From: Clostridia bacterium
GTDB lineage: Bacteria > Bacillota > Clostridia > Oscillospirales > Acutalibacteraceae
DNA: 45,832 nt
NCBI GenBank assembly: GCA_024404235.1
Contig: JAKSQF010000001.1
Span: 1-45,832, forward strand
Direction: 5' to 3'
The position numbers and the translations under genes were made by a program. The notes under the pieces are model-generated. The model was not told the origin of the DNA and made no database searches. It was given only the letters and a program-made list of their open reading frames with translations. Shown here piece by piece: positions 35,601 through 42,668 of the stretch; position 1 is the first letter of the stretch; the number at the start of each line of letters is the position of its first letter.

Positions 35601-35866
35601 GAAATATCCACGGCGGTAGGAGCCGTAAAGCTGCAATCACGGAAAGCACCGCAGTTAATATCGGCAGCAACTGCTTTGCCGGTAAGACCGCCGTTATGGA
35701 CTACCAACGCATTACCGGAAGTCTTCGTCCAACCGGTCAGCGTTTCGCAATCGCTGATGAGCACGCGGTTTTCTTCGGCGGCAACTCCGAACAGCGGAAT
35801 GCACACAAAAGCACCGGAAACGATTATTGCCAGTGCCAAGGCCACGGCAAGAATTTTCTTCTTCAT
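29648..35866 (-). CDS. Giant (2072 aa) cell-surface protein: signal peptide, several binding-like beta-sandwich modules, an SGNH/SASA-type (sialate-O-acetylesterase-like) carbohydrate esterase domain, four tandem ~190-aa modules and a C-terminal TM anchor
   Basis: The signal peptide is MKKKILAVALALAIIVSGAFVCIPLFGVAA. The esterase motifs are FGEVWLAAGQSNMEY (GQSN at 33938-33949) and NPDPIHPNSKYAVGLRFA (about 33141-33176). The C terminus is LRTIIIGLGAGAVVFFIIPFFFRKKKKKDEATK. Its ATG overlaps the TGA of the upstream gene. Confidence 0.92.
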   Translation of the reverse strand: MKKKILAVALALAIIVSGAFVCIPLFGVAAEENRVLISDCETLTGWTKTSGNALVVHNGGLTGKAVAADINCGAFRDCSFTAPTAVDISSCERVEWDVMMHSGGQPGMWDDIKATYGDEVYVKIGSSASDYNLYRLSKMTVTQNETNNLWYHFSVTLNNYTGTSGKFDPSKMSYFTFTTKDGGVSSSVRNGHIRIDNLYAVGTAGGSTEPDPGPGPEPTNDAVITECESLAGWSYSGNIDNVTVSPNGLTAGAVQVYVGFGALRKLTYSVSADLSAYNVIEFDMMSIKVGDSTYAYWDDIVAAYGDNIRFEVAGAAGTATYALEKWDVTPLGNGWYHVAVPLNQKTGGTLDLAHFQSFSISTNINSALVQSVPNGNFRFDNVIARYDESADGPSEEEPDEEGVWKINDTYSATNNGSFQFVAKNFEYNLSKYQKSDLYLTMRVYVKNTDGTNNVLNFSGDGQLELTSSGQSDVQELNWSVPKLGLKSGWNELRLCLANGNNAKQDFDLSKINYLRFYNRPIAGSTDTYEVKITDIALTNKREERIVSSYYADGMIIARNKPINISGNAQKDGAVVTAVLSKGNTEVATATTTADKNGAFTVKLPAQQGGYEAYSLELLVDGASKQKIEDILFGEVWLAAGQSNMEYFVSQTIKNYDYSLVPLNQYVRVFDEPLVPGGVTSALSATPTSDVPEAKWVDGSNAMNVIYTSAIGYYMSLQLQEKLDVPVGFINAAKGASVIESWLPREAIENDSVIKSTLEKRGLYKDVASLGKTSSNWTYLTTLYNTKVAPLAGIGISGLLWYQGESNIKYADDNGYNTFYEHALTALINSYSADFGFSGNMPVLCAHLAPYNYSSVRSDYMTILADFSVMLSNVTKNAKAKVLQLPIYDLSLNFYDPPLNNPDPIHPNSKYAVGLRFADAALSGVYGKGTADAATAPVATSYTVSGNKITVKVRNVGTGLNTVSGSTVYGFAVADSSRVFTKATAKIVSKDTVEVYNPNITKPVAVTYAWSSFPLQANLCNSNGIPAVPYRSDEVKSVYYLSMDWADCNDLSTWNALTSTDAGYQPAFSTSATAALSLDTSDAYEGGTAVKMTYSGANGYMTPVLNYGGTVKQYQNYSGITVYAKAKTTAQLSVQIVSADEIYNATIVTGTKRATSYTVGKDQYTAYTFNFARLTNSEDKVLSDSTGVLKNMTELRFAVTGTDATVLFDDITLRTDVLPTPGSATDEITDAAADTSAGSIDSKGNMWLSDCDTLTGITVSGATVTTDKENLTQGKGSAAVTAVNGNLRQFVVLPGTALDISQYDYLEFDVYFSNMEWFNSCTSMMFELTSSGAADNESDRYMKGYLRDNETEFYTNAVSGTAEPGWYHLKLRLGSAQTQVRGGLDMKRFNYFRFFAIGSPAGTADCDIKFDNMKFTKDAGGSDKPQSADPSFGQKINGSSMYMTNGDTLAYWNSSVGNPQLDTANKTEGNSSVTVTVPGGLLKQISYVPGVPLDISAYRYMEFDVYFSNLDWFDKTGSMMFELTSAGKCDDQSARYTKSSILEASAQFASDVYAGKGGGWYHFKLDLDNPHTSVRGGLNKSKFNYFRFYTVDVQSGTKDYVLNFDNLTFTKGNSGDGPLSADPSYGKKIDSNSMYMTDGDASAYWKSSVGDPQLNRKLKTQGNSSVSVTVPGGLLKQISYVPSASINVSDYRYLEFDVYFSNLDWFNKAGGTMFELTSAGKCDYESSRFTKSSMLEACPKFAADIDAGKGGGWYHFKLDLDRPHAEVRGGLNKSAFNYFRFYTVDVEKGTKDYTIAFDNMRFVKGEKAPGIIKNDRYMILSDCDSSFGWSCRQEIRVDTKNKVEGTGSVSVLAPGGVLKQLAFIPSEPLDISKYHTLQFDMFLSDITCLQTSTGFMVELTSSGTCDKESDRYTRSLILLACPELAQDLTEGNKGNKWYHFEFDLDKPQSSVNGGLNKKAFNFFRIYFLGCDEGTPDCMVYIDNLRLTAEGGSTANNNPVEPIVFMRSEAAGKNVGNKVNGGLKGAELTPYPQKLADKIEQLRTIIIGLGAGAVVFFIIPFFFRKKKKKDEATK
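29912..32140 (-). repeat. Four tandem coding repeats (~555-590 bp each) encoding an uncharacterised ~190-aa module
   Basis: The units start at NMWLSDCDTLTG (~32135), SMYMTNGDTLAYW (31549), SMYMTDGDASAYW (30970) and RYMILSDCDSSFGW (~30420). The middle two are 579 nt apart and roughly 80% identical at protein level. Shared blocks are LDIS.Y.Y(L/M)EFDVYFSN, MFELTS(S/A)G, WYHFKLDLD, GGLNK..FNYFRFY and FDN..F. Confidence 0.85.
33090..33985 (-). other. SASA/DUF303-like SGNH esterase domain inside the giant protein
   Basis: A GQSNME block, a LWYQGESN block and a D-x-I-H-P..K..VG.R block occur in the order typical of 9-O-acetylesterase-like carbohydrate esterases. Confidence 0.75.
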
Positions 35867-36702
35867 TTCGCACCCTCCGATTTATTTCTTTTGATTCTGA
35901 TAATCAGTACAACCACAAAACGAATGATCAACAGCAGCAGCACGACGGCAACCGCAATGGCAACGGTATATTCGGTTTGCAGTTTTTTGTTCAGTTCTTT
36001 GTCGACACCCTTGTTGGGATCGCTGTGCTTCGGCACGTAGATCTCCGACTCGGCCGCTTGATTACCCGTTTCCTCTTCCTCGGCGATCGGCGTATAGTTT
36101 GACGGGTTATTGGTGAAACGGAAATTGTCAAATCTTACAGTATAATCCGGTGTGGACGTGATCGGATCGACCGAATAGAAGCGGAAATAGTTGAAGTTGG
36201 CTTTATCCAATCCGCCGTTTGCTACGCCCTGAGGATTGTCGATATCCAAGACGAAGTGGAACCAGTTTTGCTGATCCTCGATTGCGCCCGTTTCAAACAG
36301 TTCGCGCAACGTTTTTTTCATATAACGGTTGGATTCTTTATCGCTGGTACCGGAAGAAGTCAATTCCATCATGACCGATCCGCAATCGTTGAACCAAGTG
36401 ATATTCGTAAAATAAATATCAAATTCAAGATAACGGAAATCCGTAATATCGATCGACTTTTCCGGCTTATAGCAGATTTGATTCAGTTTACCGTTCATGG
36501 CCGTAGCACCGATCGAGCCGGCACCCTCGGTCTTGTTATTGGCATCGGATTCGAGCGCGTCCATACCCTGCGTGCTGGCCGACCAGTCTTTCGTACTGTC
36601 GCAGTTGCTCATCACAAGGTCACCGGCACCTGCGGCGGATACGGGGAAATTGAGTAAAACGAAAGCCAAAACAAGGCAAATCAAAGCAGTTAAACGTTTC
36701 AT
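35863..36702 (-). CDS. Small anchored surface protein: signal peptide, one copy of the giant protein's repeat module, a linker and a C-terminal TM anchor
   Basis: 279 aa starting MKRLTALICLVLAFVLLNFPVSA. The module blocks are LVMSNCDSTKDW...IDITDFRYLEFDIYFTN...MMELTSSGTSDKESNRY...WFHFVLDIDNP...GGLDKANFNYFRFYS...FDNFRF. The anchor is TVAIAVAVVLLLLIIRFVVVLIIRIKRNK. GGGGGAGGAAAGGAA RBS lies upstream. Confidence 0.9.
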   Translation of the reverse strand: MKRLTALICLVLAFVLLNFPVSAAGAGDLVMSNCDSTKDWSASTQGMDALESDANNKTEGAGSIGATAMNGKLNQICYKPEKSIDITDFRYLEFDIYFTNITWFNDCGSVMMELTSSGTSDKESNRYMKKTLRELFETGAIEDQQNWFHFVLDIDNPQGVANGGLDKANFNYFRFYSVDPITSTPDYTVRFDNFRFTNNPSNYTPIAEEEETGNQAAESEIYVPKHSDPNKGVDKELNKKLQTEYTVAIAVAVVLLLLIIRFVVVLIIRIKRNKSEGAK

Positions 36703-36717
36703 TTCCTTTCCTCCCCC

Positions 36718-39522
36718 TTACGACCACCAAGTGGCCTTTTCCGTAATGGTTGCACCCTTATTGAGAATGGTGGTGCCGAATTTTCCGTTGGGTGACAACA
36801 CTGCCAACGACTGACGGGCAATGTCACCGATCAGGTGAACCTTAGCGCCGCTTTGTGCCACGACTTGATAGGTCTTGGGCGGCATCATAACCGAGCAATA
36901 GTAGGTTTCGCCGCCGTATGCACCAAGCAATACGTCGGTGCTGTCAAGGTTATAATAAAGCAACTGTGCAATGACCAAACGACCGCCGTAAACACGGATG
37001 GCGTCGGGTCGGGGCTGTGCCCACATCATGGAGTTGAACAGTGCGACCGTTCCGGTAACGGTGGGCTTCATCGTGATGTGATGCTGCTCGCCCGAGCCGT
37101 TCATGGAAACCATTTCGGCGTTGATAAACTCGACCGTGTCGGCTTCTTCAACGATCAATGCGTTACAGCAACCGTCCGAGCCGTGACCGATAATGGTACC
37201 GTTCAATCCGCCCTTGCCCTGCGAGGTCAAAACCAACAGGTTAAGACCGGCATAAGCAAAGTTACCGAGCATATGTTCCGATTTATTATCACCGAAGATG
37301 AAAACGTCAAGCGTGGTATTGACCACGTTATTCAATTCTTCATTCGGCTCATTGGGTTTGACCGAAATGTCGGCACGCTTCCAGTAGTGCGGGTTAAACT
37401 GGCAGTTTTCCACCCAACCGTTTTTGTCGTTGTTGCCGACGAAAACGCCCTTCTTAAGCGGAGCGCCGCTACAATAGTTGATGTAATGTCCTGCAGAGGG
37501 GTTGGTACCGAAATCCAACGCTTGATAGGAGTTGATAAAAACGCAGTTGATTGCCCAGCAGTTTTCACCCAACGAGCGAACCGTCCACGGATACGGAATA
37601 AAGTTGATATAGCTTTGTTCCGGATACAGGAAGCAGACGCCGTTGACACCGGCACCTTCTGCCAGATTGATCAGTGCTTCGCCGTCGGCTTTTCCCTTCC
37701 CCAAACGGGTGGTAATGGTAGAGCCCTTCGTGGCAGTGTGGGTCGGTACGTTGAAGATACCGCGCAGTTCAACACCGGTAGGTACCGTGACCGATTCGGA
37801 AAGTCCGAATTCGCCCTGCGGGATATAGACGACACCACCGGTTTTACCGGCTTCTTCCAAAGCCTTTTTAATGGCGGCCGTGCTGTCGCTTCCGTTCTTG
37901 GCACCGTAATCTACGATGTTATAGACCTTAGAAGCGGAAGCCGTCGGAATACTGCGGCGATAAACGTGCAGTCGACCGCTGGTGACCGGCAAATTCAACG
38001 GAGTATGATCGATGGAAATATAGCCGGCACGTTCTTTATCATAGTTGATATCAGCCGCACCGCCGAAGGTAGAACCTACGACCGAGCAACCGCCACAGCT
38101 CTTTGCAATCTGAATATGCTTTTTCGCACCGGTAAAGTTACATTGCTGTACGCTGATACTGCCGCGATGCATATTAAGAGCGTAACCGTTCTCATCCCAA
38201 TCCGAGAAGGTGCTGTTGACCATGGTCATATGACCGTTGCCGAGGCAGGCAAACGGCTCTTGGATATTACCGCTGATACGCAGATTCTGGAAATCACAGT
38301 TTTCCGAGAAGCCGGCATTCATCAGTACACCGTACTGACAGGTCTTGTCGCCGGTGATCTCAACGTCGGTAAAGCAGTCACCGATTGCGTTGGTGGCCTG
38401 AATGTCAATACCGATGGTGCAATCCTTGATTTTCAGATTGCAGTACTGTGCGTTGGCTGCACGATTTTCACGGTTGTAAATCTGACGAATGGCGCAGTAC
38501 AAACCGGTTGCTTCAAAATCATAGGTATATTCCCAGTCGGAGCGCTGCATCCAAAGGCCGACCGCGTACTGACGCATATAGTCCTTTAAGATCTGCTGAT
38601 CTTCCTTGCTGAAAGCCGAGTAAGCGTTTTCGGCAAAATACTGGGACGAAAGGCGAATGCCCTCCAACCGACCGATATCGGTAACATCATCCAGCATAAT
38701 GGCATTATTGAAGGCTGAAATGTAGACGTTCTTCAAGTAGTGCAATTCGCTCCAGCTCAGGTTTCCCTGATAACCGTTCCAACAGCCGGCAACCGTCACG
38801 TTCATTACCGTGAAGCTGTCGCCGCCCATTTCCTGAATGGCGGCCGGATACTTCTGCACGTCCAATGCCGTCTGGTCGGGATAAAGGATCGTCAAATTGC
38901 GCATACCGGAGCCGGGACGCATTTTCATAAAGGCCGAGCCGCTTTCACGACCGCGGTTTTTACTGCGTACCAAAATGACCGAGCCGCAGCTACCGGCCGG
39001 AGCCGTTGTGGGGGCTACCCATTCACCGCGCAGGGTAACGCCTGCCGGAATTTCAATATTGTTTTCGCAAAGGTACTTACCCTCCGGCAGGTAAACCACA
39101 CCGCCGCCGAGCTTAGCAGCCTCTTTCAAAGCACGCTGGAGCTGACCGCTGGTATCCTTTGAACCGTCGTTGCAAACGTCGAAATCCTCTACGGCGTTAT
39201 AAATCGCAACGCAAACGCCGGTGCCATCATCGTACTTCACGTCTACCGCATAGGGCTCGCCCGGAGTACGGTCGACCTTTTCCGGCTTTTCGGGGACGAT
39301 CACGGGGGTGTCGTCATCAATAAAGTTCAATCCGGAAAGAAAATCGTTGTCTTCAATTCCCTGCGGAATTTCTACCTTGTTGACGGCTTCGGTCGGGTAC
39401 GGGAAAGAATAGGAAAAATTCCCGAATTTTTGTGCGGTATTCTTTTCTTGCTTACCGCAACCGCTGAATAACAGCGCCATCATGGACACGCAAAGCAAAA
39501 TTGCAATTATTTTTTTACTCAT
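36718..39522 (-). CDS. Lipoprotein GH55-like double beta-helix enzyme (paralog of 7022..10678)
   Basis: 934 aa with a lipobox (ALLFSG-C-GK). The two N-cap motifs are GQLQRALKEAAKLGGGVVYLPEGKYLC..VTLRGEW and STAAIKKALEEAGKTGGVVYIPQGEFGL..VELRGIF. It is collinear with the 1218-aa paralog through to the C-terminal W-W end. Confidence 0.9.
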   Translation of the reverse strand: MSKKIIAILLCVSMMALLFSGCGKQEKNTAQKFGNFSYSFPYPTEAVNKVEIPQGIEDNDFLSGLNFIDDDTPVIVPEKPEKVDRTPGEPYAVDVKYDDGTGVCVAIYNAVEDFDVCNDGSKDTSGQLQRALKEAAKLGGGVVYLPEGKYLCENNIEIPAGVTLRGEWVAPTTAPAGSCGSVILVRSKNRGRESGSAFMKMRPGSGMRNLTILYPDQTALDVQKYPAAIQEMGGDSFTVMNVTVAGCWNGYQGNLSWSELHYLKNVYISAFNNAIMLDDVTDIGRLEGIRLSSQYFAENAYSAFSKEDQQILKDYMRQYAVGLWMQRSDWEYTYDFEATGLYCAIRQIYNRENRAANAQYCNLKIKDCTIGIDIQATNAIGDCFTDVEITGDKTCQYGVLMNAGFSENCDFQNLRISGNIQEPFACLGNGHMTMVNSTFSDWDENGYALNMHRGSISVQQCNFTGAKKHIQIAKSCGGCSVVGSTFGGAADINYDKERAGYISIDHTPLNLPVTSGRLHVYRRSIPTASASKVYNIVDYGAKNGSDSTAAIKKALEEAGKTGGVVYIPQGEFGLSESVTVPTGVELRGIFNVPTHTATKGSTITTRLGKGKADGEALINLAEGAGVNGVCFLYPEQSYINFIPYPWTVRSLGENCWAINCVFINSYQALDFGTNPSAGHYINYCSGAPLKKGVFVGNNDKNGWVENCQFNPHYWKRADISVKPNEPNEELNNVVNTTLDVFIFGDNKSEHMLGNFAYAGLNLLVLTSQGKGGLNGTIIGHGSDGCCNALIVEEADTVEFINAEMVSMNGSGEQHHITMKPTVTGTVALFNSMMWAQPRPDAIRVYGGRLVIAQLLYYNLDSTDVLLGAYGGETYYCSVMMPPKTYQVVAQSGAKVHLIGDIARQSLAVLSPNGKFGTTILNKGATITEKATWWS

Positions 39523-39531
39523 CGTTGCACC

Positions 39532-42468
39532 TCATATTTTATAAGAGATAATGCTGTATGGCTGATATTCCACATCTGCCGCCTTTTCGGGAAGAACATC
39601 CTCTTTCAAATCGCAAAGCACGATTTCTTCACCGTCCAGTTTCGAGCAGAGATTTGCTTCACTGCGGCGGCCCTCTGCCTCATAGGTTCTAACGACCAGC
39701 GATTTTTCATCCTGCGAAAGCTTGATGCCGTCGATCAGCACGTTTTCGCAATCGGTTGACAGGTAGCTGTTCGGGACCGTTTCTGTGGCAACGGGAACAG
39801 CGGGAACGGTCACGTTGAATTCGTATCCGCGCTTGACAACGTCGATCAAGCCGGCGGCCGCATCGGCATAGATGCCGTAGCTGAAGTGATGCACACCGTG
39901 ATCCAACGCTTTGGCCGGATAGTCGGTACCGCGCAGAGCACAAAGTTCAATTTGGTTATCCTCTACACCGTAGCCGTACTTGCTGTCGTTCAAAATCGCG
40001 AAATTCAGTCCCGGTCTTGACAAAGCCAACCATCTGTGAACGGCCATTTCGATCTGTGCCTGTTGTTCGGTCGTGTTGTTCTTGGTGGAACGCTTTACCG
40101 TACCGAACTGGGTTTCACAGCTGACAAGATCCGAATAAACCGAGCTGTCAAAAGCAATACGCAACATCTTGCCCAACTCATGCCAATCGGCACAAACGTC
40201 AAAACGCAAAACGTCGTCGTTTTGACCGAGCGAAATGCGTACCGTAAATTCCGATTTACGGTAGGTGTACTTCTGCGTAACGGTATATCCGTCGACAGTA
40301 GCCGCACCGACCGTTTCGGTAGCAAACAGTTGCGTGGGAACCTGATTGCGGTAGTCGTATTGCAGATTCCACGCATTTTCAATATCATCGTAAATTAAGA
40401 AGCGGTTGGAAGCGCCGTTCAGCAGTTCTTCCCCGATCTTTTTATTATAGATACTGCCGATCGTACCGTCGGCATTGAAGGTGACCTTTAAGAAATCGTT
40501 TTCAAGATCGGTCATCGAGGCCGTGCGGGTGGCTTCCTTCGGGTCGATCACGCCATAACCCATTGCCGGCAAAACGGTTTCAAGATAGCCGTTTTCGGTT
40601 TTGTAGACGTAGCGGCGCGGGAAGGAAAGCGAATTGAACAGCGCCAGCTTTTCGCCCGCCTGACCACCGACGATCGCCGCAAGAGCCTCCTCGCGAATGG
40701 CATCAATCTGTTGCAGTAAAACAACGTAGCGTTCGTGGGATTCGTTATAGACCCGATTGATCGAGGAACCGGGCAAAACGTCGTGGAATTGATACAGAAG
40801 GACTTCCTTCCAAATTTCTTCCAGTTGATGCTTCGGATAAGCAAAGCCGTACTGACGGTGCGCGATCGAGCACCAGATTTCAGCCTCGCGCAAGGCAAGT
40901 TCGCATTTGCGGTTGTACATCTTGCTTTTGGCGGCCGAGGTATACACACCCAAGTGGCGTTCCAAATACAGTTCTTCATCCAGCACGGGCAGATCCGCCG
41001 CACGTTTTTCAAGGCGGTGGAAGAACTCACCCATTTTGCCCTGCTCTACCGGGCAGAGTCCCGGCAGATTTTTTTCACGCTTGAGATATTCAAGGTGGAA
41101 CGGACTGGGTCCGCCGCCGCCGTCACCGATACCGTAGGGCAACAGGCCTTCACCGAACTGACCGCACTTTGCCAAATGGCGGCGTGCATTGATCAGCGAA
41201 CCGGGAGTGGCTTCACTGAGGTAGTTTCCTTCGGTAGGCAGGTGAACCAAAACCTCACTGCCGTCGATACCGCGCCAACGGAAGTTGATATACGGGAAAT
41301 CGTTGATCAAGTTCCAATTCAGCTTGATCGTTGAAAAATAGTTGATACCGGATTTTTTGAAAATTTGCGGCAGGGCTGCCGAATAACCGAAGGTATCCGG
41401 TGTCCAGACAAAGTCGACCGTTTCGCCGAATTCCTGCTTCCAAAACTCGTTACCGTAAAGCAGTTGACGAACGACCGATTCACCGCTGATGAGGTTGAAA
41501 TCGGATTCGACCCAAGTAGCCCCCAGCAATTCCCAGCGGCCGGCCTTGTAAGAATCCTTTACCTTATTATATAAGACCGGATATTCCTCCTTGACCCAAC
41601 GGTAAAGTTGCGGCGAGGACGAGCCGAAAAGGTAATCTTCATAACGATCCATCAGTTGACGTGCCGTTGAGAAGGTGCGCGCCCCCTTGCGCTTGGTTTC
41701 ACGCACGGGCCACAGCCACGCAAGGTCGATATGTGCATGGCCGAATGCCACCAACGAAATAGCGGGATCATCCCCGCCCTTTAACGCAAGGCGGGCTTTG
41801 GTGATTTCACGGCAGCGGAGCATCTCTTCGTCCGTATAATCCACCAATGCACGACGGCATTTTGAAAGCACGTCCAACAATTCGTAATGTATGGCATCTT
41901 CTTTAGAGGTTTTATCTGCCTGAATAAACAGCAGATTCATATCATAATACAAATCACGGGCAAGGTCGTTGCAAACCGCCACGTACGCTTCCTTGATCGT
42001 ACCGTTTTCACGCAGATTTCCGACAAGGTCGTTACAACCGGCATCCATCCAAAAATCAATCGGCTGACCGGCAACGGCTTCTTCACAGAACGGCACGATA
42101 CGCTTGCCCGGATTGCCCTTTGCACGGTCAAAGGCAGAATTCAGATTGGTGATACCGCGCAACGGACAGCCGCTGTCATCATAAATCAGGCCTTCACCGT
42201 TGATATCAATGACGTAAACCAGCTTTTTGCCGGCCGCTTCGGCGGGAACGGTCGCCGTGCAATGAAACCACGCACAATCGAACAGATCGCCCCACTTTTC
42301 ACCGACCGTGATCCGACGGTAATCGCCGGCGGTACGATTCTCATAAGAAAGCGGTTCCTTTGAGGAATAGATTTCCAGATTCAAATCACATACTTTTGTA
42401 TAAACGGCTGATTTTACCCGCATAATACAATTTTTGATGTTTTCAATTACGTACTTTTCGTTATACAT
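39532..42468 (-). CDS. GH38 alpha-mannosidase (cytoplasmic, long MngB/Ams1-like form)
   Basis: It contains VAFGHAHIDLAWLWPVRETKRKGARTF, a GH38 motif. The ORF track start (42543) lies inside the promoter -10 box, so I prefer ATG 42468 (MYNEKYVIENIK...). It has no signal peptide. Confidence 0.9.
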   Translation of the reverse strand: MYNEKYVIENIKNCIMRVKSAVYTKVCDLNLEIYSSKEPLSYENRTAGDYRRITVGEKWGDLFDCAWFHCTATVPAEAAGKKLVYVIDINGEGLIYDDSGCPLRGITNLNSAFDRAKGNPGKRIVPFCEEAVAGQPIDFWMDAGCNDLVGNLRENGTIKEAYVAVCNDLARDLYYDMNLLFIQADKTSKEDAIHYELLDVLSKCRRALVDYTDEEMLRCREITKARLALKGGDDPAISLVAFGHAHIDLAWLWPVRETKRKGARTFSTARQLMDRYEDYLFGSSSPQLYRWVKEEYPVLYNKVKDSYKAGRWELLGATWVESDFNLISGESVVRQLLYGNEFWKQEFGETVDFVWTPDTFGYSAALPQIFKKSGINYFSTIKLNWNLINDFPYINFRWRGIDGSEVLVHLPTEGNYLSEATPGSLINARRHLAKCGQFGEGLLPYGIGDGGGGPSPFHLEYLKREKNLPGLCPVEQGKMGEFFHRLEKRAADLPVLDEELYLERHLGVYTSAAKSKMYNRKCELALREAEIWCSIAHRQYGFAYPKHQLEEIWKEVLLYQFHDVLPGSSINRVYNESHERYVVLLQQIDAIREEALAAIVGGQAGEKLALFNSLSFPRRYVYKTENGYLETVLPAMGYGVIDPKEATRTASMTDLENDFLKVTFNADGTIGSIYNKKIGEELLNGASNRFLIYDDIENAWNLQYDYRNQVPTQLFATETVGAATVDGYTVTQKYTYRKSEFTVRISLGQNDDVLRFDVCADWHELGKMLRIAFDSSVYSDLVSCETQFGTVKRSTKNNTTEQQAQIEMAVHRWLALSRPGLNFAILNDSKYGYGVEDNQIELCALRGTDYPAKALDHGVHHFSYGIYADAAAGLIDVVKRGYEFNVTVPAVPVATETVPNSYLSTDCENVLIDGIKLSQDEKSLVVRTYEAEGRRSEANLCSKLDGEEIVLCDLKEDVLPEKAADVEYQPYSIISYKI

Positions 42469-42484
42469 ATCATCATCTCGCTTG

Positions 42485-42530
42485 ATTTGTATTATAATTT
42501 GTATTACAAATGTATATAACGATACAAATT
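42485..42530 (+). promoter_or_regulatory. Operator cluster in the operon B leader: ATTTGTATTA (42485-42494), the perfect 7-1-7 palindrome ATTTGTA-T-TACAAAT (42497-42511) and an inverted half-site ATACAAAT (42522-42529)
   Basis: I read these directly from the sequence. All lie between the predicted minus-strand TSS (~42535) and ATG 42468. Confidence 0.65.
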
Positions 42531-42541
42531 TGGTCAAATAC

Positions 42542-42570
42542 ACTATAGCATAATGCTAATTAAAAGTCAA
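42542..42570 (-). promoter_or_regulatory. Sigma-A-type promoter of operon B: TTGACT - 17 nt - TATAGT
   Basis: The minus strand reads TTGACT (42570..42565), the 17-nt spacer tttaattagcattatgc, then TATAGT (42547..42542). A second, weaker candidate (TTGACC at 42537..42532, 17 nt, TACATT) follows. Confidence 0.65.
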
Positions 42571-42607
42571 GTTTATTTATTCTTTTTAACCATTTTGCTT
42601 TTTTCTA

Positions 42608-42636
42608 TTGATTTTTTCAAAAAAATATGATATCAT
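42608..42636 (+). promoter_or_regulatory. Sigma-A-type promoter of the oxidoreductase gene: TTGATT - 17 nt - TGaTATCAT (extended -10)
   Basis: TTGATT is at 42608-42613 and TATCAT at 42631-42636, preceded by TGA. The ORF-track ATG at 42627 lies inside this promoter. Confidence 0.6.
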
Positions 42637-42644
42637 TATTAAAA

Positions 42645-42654
42645 ATTTGTATTA
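42645..42654 (+). promoter_or_regulatory. Candidate operator box ATTTGTATTA at about +1 of the oxidoreductase promoter
   Basis: This is an exact copy of the 10-mer seen at 28386, 28407, 42485 and 42497. Confidence 0.55.
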
Positions 42655-42668
42655 AAACGGTGATCAAA

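Noticed and set aside
42485-42530. Inverted repeats in the AT-rich promoter region as the boundaries of a phase-variable invertible promoter (inverton).
   Set aside because: The inverted repeats are only 7-9 bp long and 1-17 bp apart. No recombinase or invertase gene is nearby. The same sequence also occurs as direct repeats at the other promoter region. Operator sites for the adjacent regulator explain them better.
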